From the NCBI GenBank assembly GCA_964355075.1, contig CAYHCF010000003.1, positions 1,861 to 65,860 of the forward strand: a stretch of DNA of 64,000 nucleotides. Reading direction: 5' to 3'. This document shows positions 18,501 to 27,313 of the stretch, one piece after another (position 1 is the stretch's first letter; the number at the start of each line of letters is the position of its first letter). The notes below the pieces were generated by a model. That model worked only from the letters and a program-made list of their open reading frames with translations, was not told the DNA's origin and made no database searches. The position numbers were made by a program, and so were the translations under genes. This DNA comes from an uncultured Chitinophaga sp. Its GTDB lineage: Bacteria; Bacteroidota; Bacteroidia; UKL13-3.

Positions 18501-19926
18501 TTTCACTGATATTGCTTTTAAAGGCTGCCGCATAAGCTTCAATAGTGAAGCTGTTTATTTTGTTGTCTTCACAGTATTTTTTTATACGTTGAAGTGGGTT
18601 ATAAGCTAAAACACCCCCAATCTTTTCATACATCACATCCCTGAAAAAATTATGAGATTCAAATTTTGCGGGCACATCCCCTGCAATATTATCCAATTCA
18701 ATTTTCGGGCTGTTTAAATCCCATTTTATTTCGTCCACGTAAAATTCCAGGTTATGATAATTATCCATGAACGGAGCAGAGGAGATTCCCATTTTATTAT
18801 CCCGGTATAATGAAATTTTCTCTTTATCTATCAGGTAGGTGAAAGCGAGCTGCGGATGATAAATCGAATCCTTATCTAAAAAGATGGTTACTTCGGCTTT
18901 TTCTACTGAAATTTTATTTTCACGGACAAAAAATTCGGGAGATTGGATGCGCAGAAAGGGTTTGTTTTTAAAGGTGAACCATAATTCTGCTTTCCGATCG
19001 GTATTACCTTTGCCAATAACAAGCGCTCCTCTCATTCCGAAACCGCCTTTAAATTTTGCCTTTCCATAAGTTACTCCGGTAAATGATGAAAAATATCCTT
19101 CAAATTGAGGATAGATAGAACGGTCGCCCTGCGACTTTCCCATGGGTTTGTCAATTACTTTACCCAGCATTGGTTTCGACTGAAGATCCAGGTTATAAAA
19201 GGTGCTGGAATCGGCAATCAGCATCCCATCATTTAAATCAATTTTGTAGTTTTTAATGAGGGCATAAACTTTACCCGAATCTAGTCCGACTCTTGTCCAA
19301 TCAATTCTTCCTCCTTGGCCAATCCATAAATTTTTTGAGGGGAAAAATTTGCCGGAAGTATTGTAAAGCTCAAAAGTATCACCGGGTGTATAACAAATTA
19401 AATTTAATTTTTTAAATAAAAACAAGGGCTCTTTCTCTATGATCAAATCGGCGTCGGCAGTTGTGCTGACCCAGGTATACCCTCCAAGTTGCAGTAATTT
19501 ATTCTCGGCAAAAACATTTTTTGATACCAAAACAAATTTTTGAAAACTTTCTTTTGATTGCTTTAAAGATGCTGAAACATTTTTATGCCAACCATCAAAC
19601 TTGCTCATATAATTATTGCTTATTAAAGCATTGATTGTTTTCAGGTAACCTTCAAAATCAGGGCTTACCTGGCAATTGGCCATTAACATTTCATTACATA
19701 AACGAATGATTTGATTTTTTTGTGGTGTGGTAAATTTCCCACTCGAATAATATCCGCTAAACTCCTCTGCCATATCGCGTACGTCTCGTTTGGATGAAGT
19801 AGAAATAAAGGATTCAAATTCGCCGAGAAATACAGTTTGATCGAAAGAAAAACTATTGGGTCGCTGGGCGAGGCCTGATCCCAATAAAACATAAAAACTA
19901 ATTATTATCGTCCAGATCTTTTTCAT
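15541..19926 (-). CDS. Large uncharacterised secreted or envelope protein (1461 aa).
   Basis: Uninterrupted 4.4 kb ORF with an N-terminal signal-like segment MKKIWTIIISFYVLLGSGLAQ. No domain I can name with confidence. Weakly reminiscent of large AsmA/TamB-like envelope proteins. Confidence 0.7.
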   Translation of the reverse strand: MKKIWTIIISFYVLLGSGLAQRPNSFSFDQTVFLGEFESFISTSSKRDVRDMAEEFSGYYSSGKFTTPQKNQIIRLCNEMLMANCQVSPDFEGYLKTINALISNNYMSKFDGWHKNVSASLKQSKESFQKFVLVSKNVFAENKLLQLGGYTWVSTTADADLIIEKEPLFLFKKLNLICYTPGDTFELYNTSGKFFPSKNLWIGQGGRIDWTRVGLDSGKVYALIKNYKIDLNDGMLIADSSTFYNLDLQSKPMLGKVIDKPMGKSQGDRSIYPQFEGYFSSFTGVTYGKAKFKGGFGMRGALVIGKGNTDRKAELWFTFKNKPFLRIQSPEFFVRENKISVEKAEVTIFLDKDSIYHPQLAFTYLIDKEKISLYRDNKMGISSAPFMDNYHNLEFYVDEIKWDLNSPKIELDNIAGDVPAKFESHNFFRDVMYEKIGGVLAYNPLQRIKKYCEDNKINSFTIEAYAAAFKSNISEIRIQMIDLNDKGFVNFDGPKNIVYVKRKLIDYVNAHNGRTDYDAISFSSTISAIPNAHISLINNDLVVQGVPKFFFSDSQNVYILPREQMLTVKKNRAMDFSGKLRAGMVDFYGNNFAFDYNAFKVRLNNVDSLKFLYVDDSLGRMVHVKSVIQNIYGTLEIDYPYNKSGRKKYPTYPIFTSEVGSKVFYDYPTTLNGVYNREKFYFDVDPFTLDSLADLNLYSLALAGNFVSGGILADMRQEIYLQPDKSLGFFIPRDSTYKYRLYDGKGSSNMSLRLSNDGLIGEGTLTYLASRTSSHRFEFMPDSVNSNSYMFENDRTSLFPTIIRSPNVFTHWLPLQDTMFITNKGEPMKIAYDGAKLYGTIILTPKAMKAKGRMDIEGGELIANLIEMKPVELLSDDAIFRQRNPKDTTQISFSTGKVKAYVNLEKKYADFTYNNFPGINNNFVLNNYYGSFQKLKWDMIPKTLEFNGPVNTEKMDAGSYLLSNKPSQDSLRFSAGSALLTLGDYVMKVSKIPYINIADSRVIPDGGNAIIRTNADLDIFLNARIIADTLNKYHGIDKVTIKINGRTDCIGAGTYTYYDKNRKPQKFYLDQIYVVSKKFLEGKTLIPDSINFYVGSKIGFRGNAILHSFDKNLEYNGFFKAMHQQFLPKTDWFRATATINPDSVYISFVPPLTNLNRQVLYNGFYVSNDSTHVYPAFFSRKRNTSDPELLKCEGTFSYIEKFDEFRVGPFQKVYGIGGRGNFMAMSEEKKLIYGDGKFNLGFETEGFFVHSAGYANYKLSDTSFIMKISMIVNMLLPAQATKMMYDSISEQSSQASSDYFDTRVLKISLPELVDEKILRKLSDNMEEEISSKNMEDLQKTFFFSDLTMTWSQPTRSYVSVGDMGLRSIEKYQIERKVKGKIEITKRRGGDDMVIYLQQPQGSWYYFKYQKGVMAVISSDILFNEIIKTNIDKISKEKDDYKIRTANISDRNKFVKAMKKKE

Positions 19927-20095
19927 TTTTTACTGATTTTTTTAACCTGTTTTCACAAAACCCAATGCTCAATAATAATATTTTGTTACTTATTATTAGT
20001 TATTTCAACGGGAAAAATACAAATGAATTGTGAATTCGAAAGTATGAAAATAACAAAAGAATAAAGAGTAGCCCCAATATCCTGTTAAATACGAA

Positions 20096-20127
20096 AGCCG
20101 GTTTTGAATTTTCAAAACCGGCTTTAA
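20096..20127 (-). terminator. Intrinsic terminator downstream of tpiA.
   Basis: Near-perfect palindrome aaagccggttttgaa / ttcaaaaccggcttt lying 16 bp past the tpiA stop. Confidence 0.6.
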
Positions 20128-20142
20128 AAATTTGGTTCAATA

Positions 20143-20907
20143 TTAAGCCATCGCTTTAATTATATCAACAAAACTTCTGCTTTGTAAAGCGGCTCCGCCC
20201 ACCAAAGCTCCGTCAATATCAGCTGATTGAAAAAGTTCAACGGCATTATCCGGCTTTACACTTCCGCCATACTGAATCGTGATATTTTGAGCAGTTGAAT
20301 CATTGAATTTAGCGGATAGCAATCCGCGGATAAAAGCATGAATTTCCTGTGCCTGAGCAGTACTGGCAGTTTTGCCGGTTCCGATGGCCCAAACCGGCTC
20401 GTAGGCAATTACTACCTGCATCATTTGTTCCTGACTCAAGTGAAATAAACCCTCGCTTATCTGGGTTTTCAAAACATCAAAATGAGCGTTGTTTTCACGT
20501 TCTTCCAGCGTTTCACCGCAGCAATAAATAGGTGTTAATCCGGCTTCTAAAACGGCATTTACCTTTTTAGCCAGCCAATCGTTGTATTCGCCAAAATACT
20601 GGCGGCGCTCGCTATGTCCAATGATCACATAGGTGGCTCCGCAACTTTTAAGCATATCAGCGCTTACTTCACCTGTATAGGCGCCACTTTTGTGGTTGCT
20701 GCAATTTTGAGCGCCACTTTTTAAACGGGGATTTTCGGCAATTAATTTGCTTACTGCATTAATATGGGTGAAGGGTGGAAAAAGCACCACTTCTGCACTT
20801 CCTTTATACTCGTCTTTCAGCATATTGCTGATTTCTGAAACCAAACCCATTCCTTCTTCAAGGGTTTTGTTCATCTTCCAGTTTCCGGCAATTATTTTCT
20901 TTCTCAT
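20143..20907 (-). CDS. tpiA: Triose-phosphate isomerase.
   Basis: Motifs AGNWKMN, IIGHSERR and AYEPVWAIGTGKTA are diagnostic of triose-phosphate isomerase. Confidence 0.95.
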   Translation of the reverse strand: MRKKIIAGNWKMNKTLEEGMGLVSEISNMLKDEYKGSAEVVLFPPFTHINAVSKLIAENPRLKSGAQNCSNHKSGAYTGEVSADMLKSCGATYVIIGHSERRQYFGEYNDWLAKKVNAVLEAGLTPIYCCGETLEERENNAHFDVLKTQISEGLFHLSQEQMMQVVIAYEPVWAIGTGKTASTAQAQEIHAFIRGLLSAKFNDSTAQNITIQYGGSVKPDNAVELFQSADIDGALVGGAALQSRSFVDIIKAMA

Positions 20908-21007
20908 GGTATTGTTTAGTTAATTATTTGATTTTTGTAATGCTTCAAATGTATAAAATTTGAATTAATATAAAGATGATATATGATTCAATGTCGACGT
21001 TAAGTAT

Positions 21008-21395
21008 TTCTCAGGCCTGAAAGGCTGCCATAAATAGCCCAGGGTGGAGCTCTGGGTAGTAAATGCCATATATTTTCCTGAGCGGCCTACATACATTTAA
21101 TGAGGAAGTACAAACTACCAGCCGCGCAAACGCAAGGTTTGGCGTTAGATAATACAGGTAACAAATGATATTGATGAAGAGCCTGGCCAGCCCTGAACTA
21201 TTGGAAGGGTCGAATTATAAGCAATAAATTTCGTGTTTGCACACGTATAATCTTCCGCTAATAATTCTGCACATTGCGCAGTTAGATAAATTTTCTTTCT
21301 AACAAAATATTGTGATACCGCGCGAGCTATCGCCACGATCCACCAGACCCAGGGCTCCACCCCGGGCTGATGCTCACAGCCTTTCAGGCCTAAAA
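21008..21395. mobile_element. GC-rich ~390 bp element bounded by ~50 bp imperfect terminal inverted repeats. Candidate MITE-like insertion or structured RNA.
   Basis: Left end tcaggcctgaaaggctg..cccagggtggagctctgggt and right end acccagggctccaccccggg..cagcctttcaggcct are reverse complements (about 80% over about 48 nt). GC content is clearly above the surrounding intergenic DNA. Only a spurious 71-codon ORF lies inside. Confidence 0.4.
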
Positions 21396-21462
21396 TAATT
21401 AACCTAATTTTTGTTTCAGTTTATGTGTTAAATATTTTAGTTGGGACACACTTGTAGTGCTG

Positions 21463-21618
21463 TTATGCACAGGGCTTAATCGTGTTTTCTGTCTTTCTCC
21501 GTTTAAAATACGCTATGATTTCTTCCCTGGTCATCTTTGATAACTTCGCACTTAAATTTTCGCGCTGTTCACGCATATACTTCACCGAATCAAATGTTTT
21601 CTCAATTGTTGTTTTCAT
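21463..21618 (-). CDS. Small hypothetical protein (51 aa, MKTTIEKTFDSVKYMREQRENLSAKLSKMTREEIIAYFKRRKTENTIKPCA). Absent from the supplied ORF track.
   Basis: Clean ATG-to-TAA ORF 53 bp downstream of the GlmU-like gene on the same strand. Charged, helical composition. Could be co-transcribed. Confidence 0.3.
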   Translation of the reverse strand: MKTTIEKTFDSVKYMREQRENLSAKLSKMTREEIIAYFKRRKTENTIKPCA

Positions 21619-21671
21619 AAATTATAAAACCACGGGGTGAACGAATGTCTTCCTGTTTTTATAGGGATTCT

Positions 21672-22886
21672 TCATACTTTATCCTTATTTTCTTCCCAAA
21701 ACCTATATTTTTTTGTTTGATTAAAGACTTCTCTTAAAATAGACTTATCTGCCTCCGTAAAAGGCACATCCCTTCTTTTATAGACCGCTTCAGCCGTTTT
21801 ATAAAATTTATTGATTACAAAGGTTTCAAATCCCTGCGGCCCGCCCCAACTGAAATCCGGAATAAAGTTTCTTGGATATCCCGAACCGAAAACATTGGCT
21901 CCTACACCCACCACCGTTCCGGTATTAAACATCGTATTGATCCCGCACTTGGCATGGTCGGCAATCATTAAGCCGCAAAAAGTCAGTCCTGTTTTTTCAA
22001 ATCTTTCGCTTCTGTAATTCCATAATTTCACTTCATCATAGGTGTTTTTCAGATTGGAGTTATTGGTATCGGCACCTATATTTACCCATTCGCCTATTAC
22101 CGCATTGCCCATAAAACCATCATGTCCTTTATTACTATATGCGTAAAAGACCGAATTGTTTACCTCTCCACCTACTTTGCAATAAGGTCCAACCGTGGTT
22201 GGGCCATATATTTTTGCACCCATTTTAAGTGCAGCATGTTCGCAAAGTGCAAAAGGTCCGCGTATTTTGCATCCTTCCATTATATCAGAATCTTTACCAA
22301 TATAAATAGGACCGGCGCTTGCGTTCAAAATGGAAAAATTTATTTGGGCACCTGCTTCAATAAAAATTCTTTCCGGGCAAATTACCCGGTTTCCATCAGG
22401 AATTGGCTGTGAGCTTCTGCCATGGGTTATGATGGCAAAATCTTCTTCTATCGCCTGTCCGTTTTTTGAAAAAATATCATAGCAATCATTTATTTGAATA
22501 AAATCGGTCTCCAGGGTTTGAATTTGTATATCGAAGGTTTGGTTTGGTTCAAAGGATAAAGCTTCTGCCTGATTCAGGCATACTGCTATAAGATGCGTTC
22601 CTGAAACCAAACTTTGGTTCGGCTTAAGCGCCTTTATTTCACGAACAAGACGGGCCGTTGGGCAGATACTTCCATTAATAAAAGTATTTTCTGTACCAAT
22701 TTTTTTTGGGAACTTTTCCGTTAAGTAATCTTCGGTTAAATATCCATAAGAATTGATATTCAAGTGCTTAGCCCATTTTTCGTCAATCGTTAAGATCCCT
22801 ATTCTTAAATTGGCAACGGGACGGGTAAAGGTAAATGGCAATAAATTGCTTCGTTGTGGTTCACTATCGTAAAAAATGTAGTTCAT
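21672..22886 (-). CDS. Putative sugar-phosphate nucleotidyltransferase with a C-terminal left-handed beta-helix (hexapeptide repeat) domain, GlmU-like.
   Basis: The C-terminal half is rich in hexapeptide-repeat pattern (..IGKDSDIMEGCKIRGP..IGEWVNIGADTNNSN..VVGVGANVFGSGY..). The N-terminal half resembles an NTP-transferase fold. Confidence 0.6.
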   Translation of the reverse strand: MNYIFYDSEPQRSNLLPFTFTRPVANLRIGILTIDEKWAKHLNINSYGYLTEDYLTEKFPKKIGTENTFINGSICPTARLVREIKALKPNQSLVSGTHLIAVCLNQAEALSFEPNQTFDIQIQTLETDFIQINDCYDIFSKNGQAIEEDFAIITHGRSSQPIPDGNRVICPERIFIEAGAQINFSILNASAGPIYIGKDSDIMEGCKIRGPFALCEHAALKMGAKIYGPTTVGPYCKVGGEVNNSVFYAYSNKGHDGFMGNAVIGEWVNIGADTNNSNLKNTYDEVKLWNYRSERFEKTGLTFCGLMIADHAKCGINTMFNTGTVVGVGANVFGSGYPRNFIPDFSWGGPQGFETFVINKFYKTAEAVYKRRDVPFTEADKSILREVFNQTKKYRFWEENKDKV

Positions 22887-22977
22887 AGATAAATCCTATT
22901 TTTGTTCAACAATGTGTTATAATTTTAAAATTTTAAACCGGTCAATCATTTGATAAATGTAAGGGTTTAATAAAATT

Positions 22978-23010
22978 AAAAAAAAAGCCTTCCAAATTGG
23001 AAGGCTTTAC
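22978..23010 (-). terminator. Intrinsic terminator downstream of rpmE.
   Basis: Hairpin agccttcc-aaat-tggaaggct followed on the minus strand by a T run of at least 9. Confidence 0.8.
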
Positions 23011-23026
23011 AATATTACAATTCAGA

Positions 23027-23275
23027 TTACTTTTTATCGTAACGTCTTTTAAATTTATCAATACGACCCGCCGTATCCACAAACATAGTTTGTCCGGTAA
23101 AAAACGGGTGCGATTTATAAGAAATATCCAGTTTAAACATCGGATAATCGTTCCCGTCTTCCCATTTTACCGTCTCTTTTGTTTCAACGGTGCTCTGACA
23201 CATGAACATAAATTCATTAGACATGTCTTTGAAAATCACTTTTCTATAGTTTTTTGGGTGAATGCCTTCTTTCAT
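23027..23275 (-). CDS. rpmE: 50S ribosomal protein L31, type B (no Zn ribbon).
   Basis: An 82-aa protein. The sequence MKEGIHPKNY..FTGQTMFVDTAGRIDKFKRRY is the L31 signature. A single Cys indicates the type B paralog. Confidence 0.9.
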   Translation of the reverse strand: MKEGIHPKNYRKVIFKDMSNEFMFMCQSTVETKETVKWEDGNDYPMFKLDISYKSHPFFTGQTMFVDTAGRIDKFKRRYDKK

Positions 23276-23427
23276 TTTCTTTCAAAATTTAGGACCGCGA
23301 AAGTAGGCAAAATAAATCAAAATCAAAATAAATGAAGAAATATTTTTCTCTGGTAATTTTCACTTAAATAATAGGGGTTTGGTTTAAATTCTTTTAAATT
23401 GCCGGACAAATATGTGCAAAAATAGTT

Positions 23428-23925
23428 ATGAAAACGGAAATTGTTGATCATTTACAGGTTCAAAAAATCATCAAAAGAATGGCATATCAAATTTATGAAC
23501 GCAATTTTGATGTAAAAGAATTGATTATTGCCTCCATTGATGGACAAGGAAATGATGTTGCATTATTAATTGGAGAAGAACTAAAAGGAATAGCCAAAAT
23601 AAAAATAAAATACATATCTATCAAACTCAATAAAGTGAATCCGGAAATGAATCACATTAAGGTTTCAGAACCTGATTTGAAATTGAATGAAAAAACTGTT
23701 TTATTGGTAGATGATGTTTTAAATACAGGAAGAACATTGGTTTACGGTTTAATGCCTTTTCTAAAGTCAAAAATCAGGTCCATTCAGGTGGCAGTGTTGG
23801 TTGACCGCAATCACAACAGTTTTCCGGTGTCGGCAGATTTTGTTGGCATTTCATTGCAAACTACTTTGCAGGAACATATAAGTGTGGTTGTAAAACAGAA
23901 AAAAATAAATATTTGTTTAGAATAG
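23428..23925 (+). CDS. Phosphoribosyltransferase family protein (PyrR-like).
   Basis: PRPP-binding motif VLLVDDVLNTGRT. Size and layout match PyrR/UPRTase-type type I PRTases. Confidence 0.7.
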   Translation: MKTEIVDHLQVQKIIKRMAYQIYERNFDVKELIIASIDGQGNDVALLIGEELKGIAKIKIKYISIKLNKVNPEMNHIKVSEPDLKLNEKTVLLVDDVLNTGRTLVYGLMPFLKSKIRSIQVAVLVDRNHNSFPVSADFVGISLQTTLQEHISVVVKQKKINICLE

Positions 23926-23950
23926 ATTTGCCTGAAAAGTCCATTAACAA

Positions 23951-23983
23951 AAAACCCATCCAGTCAGTAGACGGATGGGTTTT
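23951..23983. terminator. Bidirectional intrinsic terminator between the PyrR-like gene and hup.
   Basis: Hairpin aacccatcc..ggatgggtt with T/A runs on both sides (aaaaaa..tttttt). Confidence 0.8.
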
Positions 23984-24008
23984 TTGTTTTACAAACAAAG
24001 TAAAAATA

Positions 24009-24281
24009 CTATTTTATCTTAGCTTGTAAACCTGAACCTGCTTTGAATTTAACTACCTTTTTTGCAGGGATGTTAATTTCTTTTCCTGTTTGAGGATTGC
24101 GGCCTTTGCGGGCTGCGCGTTTTGTAACTGAGAAAGTACCAAAGCCTACTAAAATAACTTTGTCACCTTTTTTTAATGCACTTTGAGTTGATCCCATGAA
24201 TGCATCTAATGCAGCCTGAGCTTGAACTTTAGTAACACCGGCAGCTTTTGCCATTGAATCAATTAAATCTTGTTTGTTCAT
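24009..24281 (-). CDS. hup: HU family DNA-binding protein. Start trimmed to the internal Met (MNKQDLIDSMA..).
   Basis: Classic HU fold signature ..GFGTFSVTKRAARKGRNPQTGKEINIPA... The 24 upstream codons in the ORF-track call are unlikely to be translated. Confidence 0.85.
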   Translation of the reverse strand: MNKQDLIDSMAKAAGVTKVQAQAALDAFMGSTQSALKKGDKVILVGFGTFSVTKRAARKGRNPQTGKEINIPAKKVVKFKAGSGLQAKIK

Positions 24282-24422
24282 AATTATTATGTGTTTTAAG
24301 GGTTTTTGCTTAACAAACATAGTAAACACAATCAAAAAGTCAAGCCTTTTCAAGCGCTAACGCAAAAAATAATCTTTTTTTTCTTTAACAAGTTTTCAAC
24401 AAATTCCTTTTTTGCTTGAATT

Positions 24423-24962
24423 TTAGACTGATATATTTTCGGATTTAATAAGCTCAAGCACCTGAATATAAAGGGATTTGTAAGATTTTACTGGCAATAA
24501 AAAACTTGCTTTTGCCTGAGCAAAGACCGGACTTCTTTTGTAGTATAAATCGCAAATATTTTTTTCTAATTCTTCTTTATTTAGCGTTTTAAACAGAGGT
24601 CTTGAGGTTTTTGAGTCAAAAATGCGACTCATTAAAAGTGGAATTGGTGCATTCAAATAGATCGTTATACCATGATTATTCATCCAAATCATGTTGTTTT
24701 CATAAATTGGAGTACCTCCTCCACATGCTATTACTATTTGTTCTGATCTTTCAGTTTCAAACAGAATTCTTTTTTCAATTTCTCTAAAATAGGATTCGCC
24801 GTCTAAAGCAAAAATGTCTGAAATATTTTTCTTTTCCTGTTGTTCAATTAAATGATCCAGATCCGCAAAGTCCCAGTTAAGGTATTTTGCCAATTTTTTC
24901 CCTAGCGTACTTTTCCCGCATCCTGGCATACCAATTATATAGATCCGATTCTGAATATTCAA
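24423..24962 (-). CDS. aroK: Shikimate kinase.
   Basis: Walker A motif IIGMPGCGKST and the overall AroK fold (..DLD..IE..). Confidence 0.9.
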   Translation of the reverse strand: MNIQNRIYIIGMPGCGKSTLGKKLAKYLNWDFADLDHLIEQQEKKNISDIFALDGESYFREIEKRILFETERSEQIVIACGGGTPIYENNMIWMNNHGITIYLNAPIPLLMSRIFDSKTSRPLFKTLNKEELEKNICDLYYKRSPVFAQAKASFLLPVKSYKSLYIQVLELIKSENISV

Positions 24963-24974
24963 GTCAATAAAAAA

Positions 24975-26093
24975 TTATTGCTGCATGTATTTGAGCACGG
25001 TATTATAGGAAGGTAAATTAAAGGCTCCCCATTTTTTTATTACCTTATCTTTTTTCAATAGCAGTAATCCGGGATTTGAACGCACCATGGATTTGATAGG
25101 TGTTCCATCCATATTAAAATAATTAAAAGGCAATTCATTTTCTGCTTTATAAGCATTAGCTTCTGAAAGATTAGAAGCTGTTAACGCCCAGAATTCTAAA
25201 CCTTGTTTCATCCATTGATTGGATAATTCAGCGATTTGAAGCCCACTTCCTTTACGACTATCTTTTATATTAAGCTGAACAAAAATTAGTTTATAGGTAT
25301 CTTTCGCAAAGATGCTGTCTGTGTACTCAACACCTGCTTCATCATAAATTTTAAAATCATGAATGAGCGGTTTAAATGGTTCTTTGATAACTTTATCGAT
25401 CCGGTCAATAAATTTATACTGATCAATATCCTGTGGTAATGTTTTGACGGTAAATTCGAATTTCTCACCTGCTTTTTCATAAATAAACAGCATCTCATAT
25501 TCTCCTTTCGATTCCCCTTCAGGAATAATCATTAATTCCTGTAAATGGTTGCCAATTTTATAAGGAAGAAAATCAACAACAGGTAAAAACATATAAGTAT
25601 AAAAAGTGAAGAAAGTAGAAATCAGTAGAGATACCGATAATAAAATATTCATTAATACTTTATTGAATAATGGCCTGATATGTTTGATGCCGGAGAATAT
25701 GACTAAAATGAAGACCAATAAAACAACATCTTTCATAAAACTTCCAAAAGGCTTAAGCTTTATAGCATCACCAAAACATCCACAATCGGTCACCTTATGC
25801 GTAATGGCGCTGTATCCCGTTAACAGGGTAAAAAATACAATCAACAATAAGAGTAACCATGCATTTAATCTTGCATATATTCCTAATAATAACGCCACCC
25901 CCGAAACGATTTCGAAAATGCAGATAAGCATGGAAAATGCAACTGCATAAGGTGCAAAAAAAGAAAGATTAAACAGGTCAAAGTATTCAACCAATTTATA
26001 ACTAAAACCGATCGTATCATTTGCTTTTATTAATCCTGAAATAATAAAAAGTACACCTACAAAAATTCGACTAAACTGTGTGAGAAATTTCAT
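24975..26093 (-). CDS. BT_3928-family membrane protein: DoxX-like N-terminal domain plus a thioredoxin-like C-terminal domain. Start trimmed to MKFLTQF...
   Basis: Four TM helices with a DCGCFGD motif, followed by a soluble TlpA-like C-terminal half. The upstream Lys-rich extension in the ORF track is probably untranslated. Confidence 0.6.
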   Translation of the reverse strand: MKFLTQFSRIFVGVLFIISGLIKANDTIGFSYKLVEYFDLFNLSFFAPYAVAFSMLICIFEIVSGVALLLGIYARLNAWLLLLLIVFFTLLTGYSAITHKVTDCGCFGDAIKLKPFGSFMKDVVLLVFILVIFSGIKHIRPLFNKVLMNILLSVSLLISTFFTFYTYMFLPVVDFLPYKIGNHLQELMIIPEGESKGEYEMLFIYEKAGEKFEFTVKTLPQDIDQYKFIDRIDKVIKEPFKPLIHDFKIYDEAGVEYTDSIFAKDTYKLIFVQLNIKDSRKGSGLQIAELSNQWMKQGLEFWALTASNLSEANAYKAENELPFNYFNMDGTPIKSMVRSNPGLLLLKKDKVIKKWGAFNLPSYNTVLKYMQQ

Positions 26094-26365
26094 AATTTGA
26101 TAAATTAATTTATTAGTGAATATAAAAATATATTTATTGGGGAGCCCACCCTGTTTCTGCTTTTTTTTGTTTCTTTTCCATCCATCTGACCCGGGCAAAA
26201 ATACAATTAATTATCTTATCTATATATTCAGGTTCCATCCTTCATCAATATTCCGGCTCCCTTTTGTTACTAAATTTAGGATTCGGATGGTCTTGATGTA
26301 TATTTGATGCATAATTTAGGTTTTTATTTTCTGTTTTAAACGCGAAATTAAGGGAGGAGGTATAA

Positions 26366-27208
26366 TTGCAGGCATTATTAAGAAAAAATTTAATAAATTG
26401 TAAGGGAAAGATTCTCAACCTGGAGAAACCGGCCATTATGGGTATCCTGAATGTTACCCCTGATAGTTTTTATGCTTCTAGCAGAGTTCAGGATGACAAA
26501 AGCATATTGATGATGGCTGAAAATATGTTAAAAGAGGGAGCATCCATATTGGATGTGGGTGGGCAGTCAAGCAGACCGGGTGCTGAGTTATTGTCTGATG
26601 TGGAAGAACTAGAAAGAGTTATTCCGGCTATCGAGATCATAATTAATGAATTTCCTGACGCTATTATTTCAATTGATACTTTTTATGCAAGGGTAGCAAA
26701 AGCGGCAATTGGGGCAGGTGCGTCTATCATCAATGATATTTCAGCAGGTGATGATGATGACCAGATGCTGGAATCAGTTGCCTCCCTGAAAGTACCTTAT
26801 ATTATCATGCACAAAATGGGTTTGCCACAGGTTATGCAGGAAAATCCACATTATGAGGATGTAGTAGGGTCGGTATTAAATTATTTTACGCATAAGGTGA
26901 CTCAACTTCAACAATTGGGCGTACCGGATATCATTATTGATCCCGGATTTGGATTTGGCAAAACGCTGGAAAATAATTATCAATTGTTGACAGGTCTGGA
27001 TGCGTTAAAAATATTTGAACTTCCGGTATTGGTTGGAGTTTCACGAAAGTCAATGGTCCAAAAATTGTTGAATATTAATACCGACAATGCATTGAACGGG
27101 ACTACTGCCTTACATATGATAGCGCTCCAAAAGGGAGCAAGAATATTAAGAGTTCACGATGTGAAAGAAGCAATGGAATGCATAAAAATTGCAGATGCCA
27201 TTAAATAG
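26366..27208 (+). CDS. folP: Dihydropteroate synthase.
   Basis: Pterin-binding DHPS motifs: MGILNVTPDSF, ILDVGGQSSRPG, DPGFGFGKT. Confidence 0.9.
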   Translation: MQALLRKNLINCKGKILNLEKPAIMGILNVTPDSFYASSRVQDDKSILMMAENMLKEGASILDVGGQSSRPGAELLSDVEELERVIPAIEIIINEFPDAIISIDTFYARVAKAAIGAGASIINDISAGDDDDQMLESVASLKVPYIIMHKMGLPQVMQENPHYEDVVGSVLNYFTHKVTQLQQLGVPDIIIDPGFGFGKTLENNYQLLTGLDALKIFELPVLVGVSRKSMVQKLLNINTDNALNGTTALHMIALQKGARILRVHDVKEAMECIKIADAIK

Positions 27209-27313
27209 ATGGCTGTTTTGTTTGAGAAATAAATAAGGTGAGAAGAACGCATGTTTTTCTAAAAATACGGGGTTAAGTTGTCTTTTTTGCTTTTTTTTAT
27301 TTAGTATCGTAAC

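Noticed and set aside
21145-21360. 71-aa ORF inside the GC-rich TIR element.
   Set aside because: It lies wholly within the palindromic element. It has odd composition and no start context. It is more likely a by-product of the GC-rich repeat.
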